A stretch of 64,000 bases of DNA from NCBI RefSeq assembly GCF_009914755.1, contig NC_060933.1; one strand, written 5' to 3'. Positions 14,850 through 30,991 of the stretch are shown here, one piece after another. The notes under the pieces were generated by a model that did no database searches, had not been told where the DNA came from, and saw only the letters and a program-made list of their open reading frames with translations. This stretch comes from the human T2T-CHM13v2.0 reference genome, Homo sapiens. The translations under genes and the position numbers were made by a program. The stretch's first letter is position 1. Every line of letters begins with the position of its first letter.

Positions 14850-17030
14850 ACATTCAGAAGACTACACTTCCTACCAAGGACAAGTAGAAAATGTGTACCA
14901 AGTAAAGTTTAAATAATCTTCTTGAAAGTTTTAAAGATCTACTACGACTGCCAGGACTCAAGAATGTAAAGATCTTAGAAGACAAGCTCAGAACACTCTT
15001 TCTGCTTCTACCCTTGAAGCACTGGTCAACTCCCAAGGAGCAATGGGCAAGAGACAAGGTGGCCAAGCAGAAAGTGACAGGACAGCTATGAGGCTGGGTC
15101 ACGAAGCAGGGGTCTCTGTAGACTCATCATAATTAGGAGTCAGATGGCAGAATTCAGAGATTTTCAAAAAAATGTTTTGGCAAAGGCCTTCAAATCTCAG
15201 TTGGGACTAGTGAAGCATTGTACTCCAGATATAAGATATCAACTAGGCCTCATGGGGACTGAGACGCTGCACTGAGTCAGTTAAATGCTTATTTGAATTA
15301 ACATCTGTGCCTAATCTAGAAGCCTAACAGAGGCTGTGGTGGGGATTCGCTGGGGGATCACTTTGTCTTCTCTAGCCTCTACAAATTTCTGTCCAACATG
15401 TCCAGAATTCAGCCAAAATTATCAGACATCAAAACGGAAACAAAAACCAGACAATGGAAAAGATCAAGAGATAATCCAGATATTGAAGTTAACGAAAAAT
15501 CTTTAAAATAACTGTAATTAATATTTCCAGGAAAATAGGCAGCAAGATAAGGAGTTTCACTAGGATACATGAACAGAAATTCCCAAACTGAAAATCACAG
15601 TAACTAAAATTAATAGCTCACTGGCATATTCAACAACAGATTGGTCACAGCAGAAGATCTGATTAGTAGTATAGAAGATAAAGCAGTACACAATGTCTAG
15701 ACTGCAGCATAAATAGAAAGAAAAGATGAAAGAGGAGAGGGAGAGAGAGAAGCAGGAGGAGGGAGAAAGAGAGAGACAAAGAAAGAAAATAAGATACAAA
15801 CATCTCAGACAGATGTAATTGGAGTCTCAGAAAGGAGGAAAGGAAATGCGAGACAGAAGCAATATTTTGAAGAAGTAACAGTGAAGAATTACCCAATCTA
15901 ATAATCACTGCATAGAAAAAAGAAATTTAGTGAAATCCAAAGAGGACAAATTCAATGAAAACTAAAATAGCCACATCAAGGCAAAACTGCTGAAAATCAA
16001 AGACAAAGAATAAATTCTCAAAAGTAACCAGAAGAAAAATACACATTTCCCTTATAGGATAAAAATCAATTACCTATTGATTTCTTAATAAACATCATGA
16101 AAACAATAGAATGCCATCTTTAAAAGGCCGAAAGAAAATAACTACAGACCGTATTCTCCAGCAAGCTGAAACAGCCTTCAGAAGTTCATATAAAATAAAG
16201 ACAATTTTCAGGCAAACAAAAGCTATATGACAATTTATTACCAGTAGAACTGGGCTAAGACAAATATTAAAAGGAGTCTTTCTAGCTGAAAGAATTTGAT
16301 TCAGAAAGAGCATGAAAATGCAGAGAAAGTAAATATGTGAGTAAATTCAAGTGAATACTGATTGCAAAAAAAATTATATTAAATTTTGTGATTAAAATAT
16401 ATGTACACATATACACATGTATGTATGAAACTAAAATGTGTCAACATAGCACACATGGTGGGAGGAGTTTAACTAAACTAACATAAGTTGTACTTAAATC
16501 CTAGTATTGTTTGGAAAGTGATAAAAGTAGTAGCTCAAGTACCTAGGAGAACAAAATTAGAACAGCAAACAATAGTGGAAAAACTGGAAAAATTAAACTT
16601 GATTAACCCAAAAGAAGAGGAGAGAAAAAGGAGTATAAAACAAGTGAACCAAATATAAAACAGAGAGTAACATGTCAGCTACAATTTCACATATGTCAGT
16701 AATTACATTTAATATAAGTGGACTAAATATACCAACTAAAACTCAATGATTTCCAGATTTGGTTTAAATAATAAAGAAAGAGTCCTTACATATGAAGACA
16801 AAAAGTTTGAAAGTAAAGAATGGAAAAAGTTATTCCATGAAAACACTAACCAGAAGAAATCTGGCATAGCTATACAGTACTATCATCAGAGAATGCAGAC
16901 TTACAGGCAGGAGGCATTATTAGAAATAAACAAGGATATTTCATAATTACAAAAAATCAACTTTAAGGAAGATAAAACAATTCCCAATCTATATGCATTT
17001 AATGAAACAGCTTCAAAATATGTAAAGCAT
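14850..17030 (+). mobile_element. Ancient L1M 5' region: decayed ORF1 and start of ORF2 endonuclease
   Basis: A-rich ORF1 remnants (gtaattggagtctcagaa, caaaactgctgaaaatcaaagacaaaga); near 16703 attacatttaatataagtggactaaat = ITFNISGLN, matching the EN N-terminal (I)TLNVNGLN. Boundaries approximate. Confidence 0.78.
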
Positions 17031-18846
17031 GTATCTCTTTTCATTTTACTGGAATTCATATTTCAGGCATGCTTATTAATGGTAGACACAAAGGAGGACA
17101 GTAGGTACACTGTAGAGTTGACTCTGCCTACCATTAGCCAAAGGAAGTCACTGGCTGGCTCAAAAATCAGGGGGCAGGGAAGCATACACCACTCACAGGC
17201 ACTGGCAAGGAACAGGTGCAGAATTGGTGCCAGTGATGCAAACTAGCACAGCGTGTATATATAAAAGTGATAAAACAATTAAAGGAACTTTACAGAGGTA
17301 GGTAGTTCTAACTTCATTAGAACACCAATGAAGAAATACAAACTTGGACCATCTCAGGAGTTATGAAAATTTCCCATGTCTCAAATTCTAATCAAGGACA
17401 GGTAAAATTTTGGAAGGGAGAAAATAAAATTTGCTTTTGTCCAGTCACTATTTGTTCTATTTGTTTTGTTTTACCGGAAACCTCCACTTGCCGTCTGTTG
17501 TTCCTACGGAAAACAGTACAGCACTCAGTTAATCCAGATGAAGCTGCTAATATTCAACTGTATTTGATCTACAAAACTGGCAAATATATGGTTCAACCAA
17601 TTATAAGTGAAGCTAGAATGATGAATAAGAAAAGGACTGATTGGTAATAGCATAGCTATGTAAGACAGAGTCTGAATGACATATAAAACTATTTGAAGAC
17701 TAAGTTATAAGAAAATGTAACAGAAAATGCATGAATAAAGAATTACCTGTGAGTAATAAAAAATGATTTTCACTTGGGACATTATAAAAGAAATCTTCGT
17801 GAAAAGAACATTTTAGAATTCTGTTAATTATCTGGGCTGTGCTCCAAGTATTAAAATTTTAAAGAAGAATCCACCACTCCCAGACCCCCTCCCCCACCAA
17901 ATTTTCCACCATTAAGGGACCAAAAAAGTGGCGAACCAAGCTCTTCTTGGTTATTTATGAAGTCAACCTTGAATACTAACCATTTTCTTTTTCCTTCATG
18001 AATTATTGCCCATGACTTACAAAGGAATAGAAGCCCAATCTCAGTTTAACAGAAACATGAATCAGACAAAAGCCATGTTTGAGTGTTATCTAATGAAAAT
18101 ACTAAAACACTAGCATGGAGTGGAATGTAAGCCCTTAAAATCTGCACTAGCGGACTGGGAATTAAAGAGATGGAAAGGATACTAACCACTTGAGAAAACA
18201 ACAAGAAGAGGACTGTTCTATTTTTTGCATTAATATCAAAGAAAGTGGAGTGATTTAAAGAACTCTGAAATTGAGGATAATTAAAGCTGGCATGATAAAA
18301 AGGAGGAAGGCACAGAATCAAAAACTAAATGTTTATATACAATACAATGCAGCTTGATGCTGTCTCTCTGAAAGTAGAAAAGAAGCTGCCGCCATCAATC
18401 AATATAGCAATATATCAAAACAAGTATCAATATAATGATCCTTTATGAAACCTCGGCAGTTATTATCCATCAAGAACATGGAATTGGTAGTCAGAGGACT
18501 GGAGTCCTCTCCCTGTCTCTGGTGACTATTTGTAGCTCCTGCACTGCCGGCCCTTGGTGTGGCTTCTCAGATTGCGTACTTGGAACATCTGGGTGTTAAT
18601 AACTGCCTTTCTACTACATAAAGATGCATCAAGTATCAGATGGAAGAATGGAAACATAACTGTAAAATCTTATATTTGCTATTTTTACTAGAGTTATTAC
18701 AATTTTTAATACTATACTTTATAACAATATAATCTCCAAGATACCTGCCTTACCTGGATGGCTAGTATAAGAGAGAAATAATCTGAAATTTAGATTCATT
18801 ATTCAGATTTTATTATCATCTGTCAGACTTTTTTTCTGAATTGCTT

Positions 18847-20320
18847 CATTCATTCATTCACTCAATGCAAAGCTATGGTGCACTTAGTATGTTCCTGGCT
18901 CTGTATTAGGTGCTGATGTTACAGCAATGAATGTACCTTACCCTAGTGTAGCCTGAAGTCTAATGAGGAAAAAGGAAACTAGGCCTCTAATAAGACAGAT
19001 ACAGATACACTATAAAAAGTGACTATAGCACATGAAGTCATACTATAGGCTTCCTGGGAACTTATAATGAGGAAACAAATGTAGAGTGAGGGCCTAGGAA
19101 GCATCATTTAAACTGAGATCGAAAAGAGGAAGAGTAAATAGCCAGTTGAGAACATGGGGAAGGAGCATTTCAAGCAGGGGAGACCGCAGGCGTAAAGGCT
19201 TTGAGTCAGTAAAAAGCCGGACACAATTGACAGTGGACAGGTAGCAGGTGACGGCAGCAAGAGGTGGCACTGGAGAGTTATTCAGGGACAAGCTCCTTCA
19301 GGCCTTGCTGGGAGTCTGGATGTTATTTTAGGAACAATGGAAAGCCACTGATGGTATTAAACAGGGACGTAATTGTATCAGTTCTGCATTTTTAAAAGGT
19401 AACTTGAGTTGCAGTGTGGAGAATATAATGTAGTCAGCTATGAACAGAGACAGAATGACCTAAACTTGGAAGGCAATTTCCATAATTTGTGGGACACCAA
19501 GTTTAGATTAAGTCGGTAGTAGAGCTAAAGAGAGCTGAAATCATGCAAGGTGTAATTTGGAGGGAAGAATACAGAATTTCGTGACTCACTGGACATGGAG
19601 GGCAAGAGAGATAGATGCGTCAAGGACCCATAGGGTTCTGGCCTAAGATTCTGGGAGTTCCCCTTTGTTCTTGAGAGATGCCCTCGAAGGCCTGGACAGG
19701 CAGTAGAGCATAGGGAATTTATTTTTCTGTCTAAGGCCTCTGGGAAACAATCCTAGTGTCTTGGGCGTAGCTTTAAGCATGTCTCAACAATCGAGTTTGA
19801 ACAATCGAATGTGCATGTTTTTCCAGGAATCATCCTGATTATTGTGTGGACTAAAAACTGGAAAGATCAAGACCAGAGACAAATAGCTGATTTAGGAGGC
19901 TGGTGCTCATTTAGGCTAAACTGGAGGGAGAGAAAGAAATTCAAAACATTTAGGAGATAGAATCAGGTTTCAGTCAATAGGTGGCTGTTGGTATCGTTTT
20001 ATAAGATGGAAAACAAAGGAAAATGAGCAGATAGACAACTGAGTTTTAAGTGCTCACAGGGCCAGTGAAGAGAGGTTGGTACCAGAGGTTGGAACTCCTC
20101 AGAGTAGGTTGCGGATACGTATTTGGAAGTTATCAGCCACAGTGTGTAAATGCTACTGAAAACTCATGGAAGTGGATAAAAGGCTCAGAGAGAGCTTGGG
20201 AGCAGGATAAAAGACCTAGAACCAATCTGTGGATAATGCTAGCCTTTAAGGAGTGGCAAGAAGAGTAGCATGCAAAGGTGCATGGAAAACCAGGAGAATA
20301 CAGCTGTCAAGAAGGGCCCG
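18847..20320 (-). mobile_element. L2 LINE relics
   Basis: L2 3' end (attcattcattcactcaa...tatgttcctggctctgtattaggtgctg) followed by purine-rich antisense L2 body. Boundaries approximate. Confidence 0.72.
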
Positions 20321-20510
20321 AGGCCATCTGTGCTCATGGCTTTATTCTGCAGTTGAGCAGCAACTCTGGGAGAACCTACAACCTATCCCCAGGCTAGAAG
20401 TGGAAATAGAAATAAATAGAGTAAGCCAGGAGTCTGTGAAAACACACACAGTTTAAAGGAATAATGAATCTATTACTGTAAATGAAGTGTAGAAAAGCTA
20501 ATAACACTAG

Positions 20511-20815
20511 GGCTGGGCAGTCCCAGCTACTCAGGAGGCTGAGGTAGAGGATCGATGGAGCCCAGGGGTGCACTATGATGATCAGGTGTCTGAACAAATT
20601 TTAGCATCAAATGGTGATCTCTCCGAGCGGAGGACCATCAGGTTGCTTAAGGAAGAGTGAACTAGCCCTGCTCCCAAATGAAGCAGGTCAAGACTCCCGT
20701 GCTGATCAGCAGTGGGATTGTGCCTGTAGCCACTGCACTCCAGCCTGGGCAACATAATGAGAACTTGCCTCTTAAAATAAAAAAAGATAAATTGATAAAT
20801 ACATAAATAAATAAA
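20511..20815 (+). pseudogene. 7SL (SRP RNA) processed pseudogene, RN7SL-type, with A-rich tail
   Basis: Alu-domain ends enclose the 7SL S domain (gatcaggtgtc...gcatcaaatggtga...caggttgcttaagga...gcaggtcaagactcccgtgctgatcagcagtgggat), which Alus lack. Internal deletions near the 5' end; A-rich tail from 20773. Confidence 0.92.
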
Positions 20816-22516
20816 TGGGAAGAGATGCTGCGTGGCAGGGATATTATAAGTCATTATAAGCAACGTTCTAGAAAACAAGCAGGGCAGTGGAAATACAAAG
20901 GAAAATACTGAAACTACCATTATTAACATAAGTCATAAAGGATTGTATTACTGTCAACAACAAAAATAAAATCACCATACTTGAACAATTATTCTTCTAA
21001 GGAAAAAAAGACAATGTAGATGTCCACTTGTTCTAAAGAATTACTTTTAGCTAGTTAGCAGTGGTCACATATTATCTGTCTGCATGTTTGGGTTTTTTTA
21101 CTAGTAGTCCCTTACAGCCAACAGCATGTGTTTACAGAAGTTAACGGTGCCAGCAGATTGCATGGCAGCTGCACCGCTCACCGGCCCTTCCTGGAATCAG
21201 GCACGGGGCTTTGATCTTCCTGGTACCAACCTCCAGCCCAAGGAACTGGAGTAATATCTCTTCATGAAGGAACATCAAGCTAATGGCAAATCGCCATCAA
21301 AGAGCATGTTCCACTTTGAAGTCAGTAAACCTGAAGTTGTTTCAGAGTAATGAGAGGAGAAGGTAACTTCACAGCATCAAAGAGAGATTCCAAATATCAG
21401 ACATCTTAGCCATTGAAACAGAGAGCACAGTTATAGGTCCCAGAAAACACAGGGATGGAAGGAGATGAACAATAACAGGAAGAAAAAAGACTGTTGGTAA
21501 AGCAACATCATTATATTTAGCCCTGTAGAAATGTAAACACTAAAAAACAAGCAGAGTTAGGAAATGAACTGGGTTGTACAGGAGTTAAGTAATAAAATGG
21601 AAATAATAGTATCTGAGATATTAAATGCTGTATGAATGACAGACGTTGTTATCATGCTTTAGAAAATTAATATTCTGCAGGGCTAAAGCTGTGAGTAGGC
21701 AGAGAATGGGAGTGACTGTGTGTAAATAGTGTGATATGAACATCCGGCCGGACCCAAATTGAAGCTGCTTAAGACATTTCCATCCAGGCTGCTCTTTGAC
21801 CTGTTCTCCAGTTTTATACAGGAGTATTTTTCAATTTTATTCCATTTTGACAATAATTTAAAACATTTTTATGATAATGTAAAGAAAGAATACAAGTATG
21901 TTCTAGATCATCAAGTGGCAACTGTGTCACTGAGTACCACCAAATAATTTCACGGCCGGCTTTTTGTTTGTGTTATATTCATGTCGGCCCCATCCTTTCC
22001 ACTTTTATAACAAAGAATAGGTGAGAAAAGAGGCTGACTAAACACAGGTTCCCACCAAGTGAAGATCAAGTGAAGCGACAGCACAGTGTGCAAAAGAGGA
22101 CGTTAGCAGAGAAAAACACAGAGAACCAAGAGATTGCGAGAAATCACACCCTGCCCCCAGTACCGCTCCTGTTTTCCCAGACAGCGTATCATCTCAGCTT
22201 CAAAAAAACAGCATCATCTGTTGTTAGTTTGAATTGTATTCGTTTCATCAGATGCCTACCATATTGCAAGTACTTTGCTAAACTCTGGGAATCTAAAGAC
22301 AGGTAAGTTTCAGTTCAGGTCCACCACTAAATTCAACTATAAAAGACAGTAACTAAAGTCCATATTGTCATGGGGAGACACTAGAGTGTTTCCATAAAAA
22401 CCAGTTCTGCTTGCCCAGCTATATAAAAAGACAGAAAAAGTCAAGTTCAACATTTCATGCCGACATTGGCTTTTACAGTTTGGCTTTGACAGAATCTCAT
22501 GCTGACCTTGATTTCA

Positions 22517-22687
<171 letters not shown>

Positions 22688-23673
22688 CTAGGAGAAAACA
22701 GAGAAAGGGATCAATGTATCTGCAGGACACACCATCTTCATGTCGTCACCTCTCATGGCAATGAGCAATGTATGCTCGCTTTGCTAATATGCAAAAAGCT
22801 GCTGTTTTAAAGGAAACACTGCTAATGGTTAACAAGGATGTGACAACCTCTCCAGTCCCTGAATTCGTCACCATTGTCTAAGTTTTCTTTATTTACAAGG
22901 TAGTTTAAATTTCATCCACATCATTAAAATGACTATAAACATGGCAACCTCTATGAAGTTCACTTTTCTAAAATGCTATCCCACAGATTCCTCCCTAATC
23001 AAGTGGTAAAGATGCTCACAAAAAGCCACATCACATGGCAGGGCAATCAAGCACCACGGTAACAGGCAAAGGATCTGCAGTGAGAATCCTGGAATCTGCA
23101 ATTAGAGAGTTGGAAGGGACCTAGACATGATTCCAGCCCCACACCCTTAATTTATAAATGAAAAACTACAGTCTAGGAAGAAGAAAGGACACTCTGGAGG
23201 TAGGACAGCTATCATAGAGTGTGGGCAGGATTACATCTGGCTTTGATTTCAATGGCATCATTGATTCCATGTTATCAGGCTGAATCCACTTCACAGTGAA
23301 CACAGCTCCATGCACCTGTGGCCTGTTTCCTGGGGGTGTCAAGAGGAGCACACTGCCACTATCTGCTCCAAGGCAAAGGGGCTTTCACTCTTCACTCCAT
23401 CTTGCTATCTGAACATTGGGAAGGATCAGAGTGCAAAGCAAACAAAGTTGTTTTAGATATTTTTTTCATTGTTCTCAGATTTTTAAGAATATGGCATGTG
23501 TGAGAACAAGGAAAGGGTTAATGCTATTTTGCACTAGAAGTGCTATCACCTAACATGACTGGGGCACATAGTTAATATCTATGTATGGAACAGGCCAGCA
23601 GTTAGTTCAACCAAGAATGAAGAATGTTTCCTGCCTAATTATTTTGCTTTACTAAAGAATGTACCAGGCTTAG

Positions 23674-23987
<314 letters not shown>

Positions 23988-24113
23988 TTAACAACAAAAC
24001 AAAGAGAATAAAGATCAGCCTGCCTCATACCCAACCACCAATGGGTGTCCCTGGGTATAAACACATGGAAATAAAAATATAGGAAATGCCTTAGTGAATG
24101 TGGTCAATTTTAA

Positions 24114-24513
<400 letters not shown>

Positions 24514-27500
24514 AGAGATAATCATTTCACTCTTGTTCCAACTAAAGGGTCATGTACATCGACATTTTTTGAGTTAACAATCGCTATACCAACTTCAGGT
24601 AAATATTTGCACAACCTCTGCACTCACAACCTTCTGTCTGGACAGCCCAGGCTGACCTATATAAAAGAAGCCATATCCCAGCTCCACCACCTCAAACCCT
24701 GCTACTCTCTGCTGCAAGCTGCAGTTTCTCCATCTGTGAAACTGATCTTGAAGGGCCAGAGTACTAATTGAGATAACACCTGGAAATCAATCAGCCCACC
24801 ACCTGCGTGGAGGTGGCTGCTGTGATTGTGACCCAGGTTGGTCATTGTTGGCATGGTTGGTAGAGATGGTTGATCCATCCTTTTATTTTGGTTCTAATTT
24901 GGGTTTAATATCTAAGACATACAGCCAAGCTAATACAAGAACATCAGATCCTATGAGCATTTTGACTCCAATGTTAAAATTCAGTTGCAGAATTAAAATC
25001 ATATTTTTCTGTAGCTGAATAAACTTTGTAAACCTCAGCAAAAACAATACAATAAAAACCTTTCAAAGGAACCCTACCAAAACAGAATTTTTTCACCTTT
25101 ATCTGCCAAATGTTACTTCTTTCTCAATTTGTTTCAAAGTGTAAACTCTGGAAAATATACTTCTGAGTGATGTGATAATAGGATCATGTAGCAAAATAAA
25201 ACTTAATGTCAATTTTTGCTTAATTAAATAGATTAACATTTAAGAAACTTTAAATAGACATTACCTAATAGTTTGTGAATAAGGCAGATGAGAAACATAC
25301 TCTTTGCAACTTCAGAGATATCAATAAAAAATCAAACATTTATTACATATGACTAAAATATATTTAAAAGTTTATATATATAATCACATTAATTCATTTG
25401 AAATTTCAGAAATCACATTATTGTCTTATATAGAATTATAACCAGCTTCATGGGATACCAACCAAATGAACCACTGTTCTTTAAAGATATAGAAATTAAA
25501 GAGAATACATTTTGGGCAGGAAAGATTTATACTAGCATTTCACTGTCATAACATTCAGGGCTTATTATTGAAATAACCTTATCTATAACAGTAAAATAAT
25601 GTGTGTCTTAAAAATATGCAGTGTAGTTTCTTATTTATTATATTCAAAGTTTGCTTCGAGAGCTTGCAGAGCAGACATGAGTTCATACGTGAGCACATGA
25701 CCACTACGGACAGAAAGAATGGCGAACACAAAGACCTATTCCTGCTTTGTTTTATTAAGGTGGAAAAACGAACCTTCTAGAAGGATAAGCCAGCTTTTAT
25801 AGAAATATGCAGCCTTCAACAATTCTGCAGAGGCTTACGTCTTCATTTTAGACATAAATAGCAAAAGTTACAGCTCTGTGGAGAGTGAGGGTATACAGAA
25901 TAGTTTTCGGAAGCCATAGTCCTTCAAATTCTTTTCTGTCTTAGCAGGCATGTGACCTTGGGAGAAATCATCATCTTTCTTTGTAAAGTAGAAAAATTGT
26001 ATCTATCTGGCAATCTTGGTAAGAATTAAACTAGTTAATATATATAATGTATTTGTAAGATTATAAATCATTTATTTTTTACAGCATTCCTCTGCAATTT
26101 GTGTGTGTGGTGTGTTCATGTATAAAAGCTCCATCTTATTGAAAGACAGTCACTTAAGTTTGATGTGGATTCTCTGTCTTTGAGGGCATTCTAGCTAAGT
26201 ATTATATTAAGTAATCAAAAATGAGTATTTTCAGATAAAATGATCAGTTTCCATAACATGTTCCTTAGGTATACATGAAAGTGAGTGAAATCTGCGGCTT
26301 GGAGTCCACTCACATGCTGGAAATATGTTTCATAAATAATTTAGGAATTAATGACATTACTGAAAAATTTCCAACACTCTACTTTGATTTTTAGCGGTCA
26401 CATTAGTTAAATCTAACAGTCACAGTCAGTGATGGTGCTCATGTGATATCCTGGTCTGCAAAATGTTAAGCGCATGGATAGTTGTGGTTGAGTATGAAAT
26501 ACCCAGATTGACAGCCATAAGCAGAAAAAAATCTGTCAAGGTAAGACTCATCAACAACTATTTTTAAGAAGACTGTTAGAAATTTGTTATTTTTCCAAAT
26601 TTGTCATTTTGTCATTTCTGTTTTAGTGGGTTTTTATCATCAAATCTTTATTTTAAATTACGAGATACTGAAATGAGTCTCTGAATTTTAAAATAAACAT
26701 TAAATCTCTACTATGCATAGGGCCACCACTGTCCTATGCAATTTCACACATCAATTCAGTTAGTCCTCACAAAGATGTTAGAAAAGCCTGTCTAAAAGAA
26801 ACAGATTCTTCAGCAGCTTCAGTTTATTATTAGTTTCCCAAACACTTAAATGTACTACGAGAGATTCTTATTTTAATATGCTGTTATTATTTTAAGCTGT
26901 CTGTGTGTGGGGTAAGAAAGTGCCCGTGAGTCCCTGAGTTCTAATTCTGTTTCCTTAATTGCCAGACTATGCTGATATTGGATACAAATTTTAGTGCTTG
27001 TAATCTCAGCTTCTTTATGAGTAACATGGGAATAATACTAACTGCTCTGCCCAATTATAGCTTGTTGGAAGATGTTTCTGTAGGTGACTTCAAAATTCTA
27101 AGGAACTATACAAATGAAAGATATTGCTAAGCTGCTCCCTGTAATGCCTGTTAACAAGATTATTTGATTAAGACACTTTGTTAATTATAAGTGTTATATG
27201 AAGAAATTGTATTAATTCTAAGTATATAGCATTAATAATATAATTACCATGACATATACCTTGATGATTTTATGAAGCAATTAAAATGTTTCTATAGATT
27301 ATTAAAAATTAGCATATTATCTTTATCACCTTAGTATGACTAGTACAATTATATTTATGCAGAGTTAATCAGTAAAAAGCAAAATGAAAGATATAAAACA
27401 ATATTATATGTAAGTGTAAATATGTGTGAACAAAAGAATTATGATTTTTAAAAGAATATGTACAAATAAAATGTATTGGACTGGGGAAATATGAATCATG

Positions 27501-27914
27501 TACAAAAAAATATGATTAATGAATGAATGAACACCAAGGCAAGAGTAGGGTCTTATGCAGACCAGACCGATCATTCCTTCATGATTACTCACTAAGGAAG
27601 GTGACTCATGGAAACCTTGGCATCTGATGTCTAAACATAGTAAATAAACAAAAAAGGGCTCCAGCATGTGGACCCAGTGCCTGCTGAAGAGCTGTTAACC
27701 CTCTGCTGCTGCCCCCTCAACCTCCTCTGTTCTCAGGATGCTCATGGGTGAAGAAGGGACTCCTGGCAAGTGGGACCTGGGGCTGCCACAGAGCCCTCCC
27801 AAGGACATAGACAGGACTGTGAGGCCACGGCTCCAGCAGGATGCTGGCTCCTGCAACTGTCAAAGACTTCAGCTCAGTTTTGGAGTTTCCTGTAAGTGAT
27901 ATATCATATGATGA

Positions 27915-28140
27915 ACACAGGCTGCGAAGCTGGAGAGACCTGGGTCTGAGGCCAAGTCCCAACATATACTGGTTCTGTGACTGTGGGCAAGACACTCAAC
28001 CACGCAGAGCCTTCTCCTCTGAACACTGGGGAGAATGATGATCCGGACTCACAAGACTCTCACGTATCTCTAAAGCTCTTAACATAGGACTAGCATACGG
28101 TAAATAATCAATTAGTAGGAAACACTGCTTATTATTATCT
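27915..28140 (+). mobile_element. MIR SINE
   Basis: agacctgggtctgagg...ctgtgactgtgggcaagacactcaac...gcatacggtaaatatcaatta. Confidence 0.6.
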
Positions 28141-28648
28141 GTTAATACTAAGTGATATTTCCTCTTACTCATTCTCACAATGCTACTCTTTGAAAGCAAG
28201 GATGAATCTATGGACCTTTTCCTTTGATTCTCAGCCGGAATCAACTTAATCACTTAGGTCTGCATCCCCTCACTAGCAGATGACATTAGGCAAGGATGAT
28301 ACTGCTTTTGTCCCTGTTATTTTCAGAAGATTACAGATAATGGTGTAACATGCAAAACTGTTTCTTATTTAAATTAGTATCGATAACTGCCTATGTGAAC
28401 AGTTGTACTTAATTATTTTAAAGTGCTCATGAATGCATTATTTTTTACTAACCATTAGAATACAATGTTTATCAACACAAAATGAGAAAAGTGTGACTTT
28501 GCCTTATTCTAGCATTATTAAATGAACTGAAGTAGGAATTAAGAAATGTGGGTGATGGTTCCAGCTTTTTCATTAATTAGCTGTGAGAGCCATGGTATGT
28601 CACCTGAGGCTTCAGTTTAGCTGGAAAGCATGCTACAAAGTACTATGG

Positions 28649-28956
<308 letters not shown>

Positions 28957-30991
28957 GTAGTATGGAATCTAAAGTTTTCTCTAGCACTAAAAGAGCATGG
29001 CCTGAAATAGTTAGTTTATATTCGGGTCAAGAAAGAAAGAAATGTTAGAAAATAAATGAATAATCAATGACAGCAAGAGTACCTTATTGGAAAAAATGTA
29101 TGTATATATGCACTTATGCATATCTTTAATTAATTAAATATACATAATCATTGAAAAATGAAACACTGCAAATACATTTGTATGTTTGATACTTGAGCAT
29201 CCTATCATTTTTTTAAATAAAAATGAATTAATTTACCATATTTGAATAAGTCAAAAAGAGAAAAACAAAGTGTAGTGCATGTTTAAAAAAGACAAATAAA
29301 TGTTTGTGTTTGCTCACTACTGATAACTTTGAGGAAATGATCATTCAGAAACATAAAGCAATCCAAAATACGAATCAAGATTAACGTAAATGTAATTTTT
29401 AAAATAATTCAGATAATGAAGAGAGCAGAACTAGCCACTTAGCTCTCTGTATATAGTGCATATAACTAAATATATCACAACTTAACAGGCGTTCTTTCTG
29501 AGATATTGCTATTGACTTTAAATGATCACGTTAGTTAAATGTTAAAATACCTTTTTAGAAAGCAGGCAATTCATCTAACTTGTCATTTGACTTGGATCTG
29601 GGACAAATTTCCTGTGTGAGATTGATCAGCATGTCTTCTTGCTCTCAGATTTCCTTATTATAATTATAAATCTTTGTGCCTTATAAAAGTTCAGGGTATT
29701 ATGCTGGTGCCATCTCTGGTTTCTCAGAGACTTTCAACAACCAGCCTCGTTCTGGGACATGATAGGCATTGCTGCAAAATCAGGAATTCTTCAAGGAGAA
29801 TAAATGTCTGCTGTGTTGAATTTTATGCTAGGTTCCCCAAGATCTGCACCTTTAACCCTCCCAGTATTTACCAGTGTTTAACACACAGTTGGTCCCAGGC
29901 AAATGCTGGTGCACTGACTTGATTGTTAGAAATAATCTTCCTAATGCTATATTCTATCCAGTCTCTCTAAACCCAGCTCCTTGTTCTGCTGTGAGGAGCA
30001 GCACCTGTCTTCCTTTGCCTGGGTGACTCAGAGATGCCCACTCCATCTTCATCTCTGGACTCACCACAAGTAATTACTTAGTACTTCCCACCAACTGCAG
30101 AGCAATTTACTTAATTGGAATGTTTTCACACTTTTTCATCCCTGATAATCAACCTGCACAGATGAAAAAATTAGCTAGGGAATCACTATTATTAAATCAG
30201 TGATCTAAGTGCTTTTGTTATTCTAACTGAAAATTGTAATCATTTGTTTGTTTGACATATTTACTATCTGACCATCAGACAGATTCACTTATTTTGTCCA
30301 TTTTAACTATGACCAAATATATATTTTTTCACATAAGAATCTGTGAGCATTAAACTGGGTGATCCATATTACCTTATCCCTGAATATTAGATATTGGATA
30401 TGCACATACAAATGGTTATGATTGTTATGATTAGTGTGCTATCATGGAAAATAGTTCATAGTCTTGATAGTCTGAGAATTGCTATGATAATAGTTTCAAA
30501 AACATTTAGGATACTTGTTCCCTATTTTTAATTTTAGTTTTTAGCAACAAAAATCATTTGAAAAGCAAACAAAATTATTTCACCATATTTTTACACTTGT
30601 AATCATGTATAATACGTTCTAAGAAAAAGCCATCTCTACCTATAAAATACTGCATAAGATGCAATTGTATATTCCTGTGTGTCTCTCACACAGATCCATC
30701 AATGAACAATATTGCCAGCATTGGGAATAAGAATACTGAATGAATCAGGCCTAGGTTGAGTATTTTCTGTGACTATGAGGCAGTCACATCCTCCTATTTG
30801 GTTAGGATCTACAGAGTAACTAGACTCAAAAGGTGCCACCTGCCTAGAATAATATTAGTATGAGATAATAAGAGTTGCTCATAGCTTATCCGGCAGTGTG
30901 CTAGAAATTTTCTGTCTATGAATTTGTAAAACAGCAGCAACAACATGAGGCACATGGAAGTTCAATGTCCTATGGTCAAAGCTGAGCTCTG

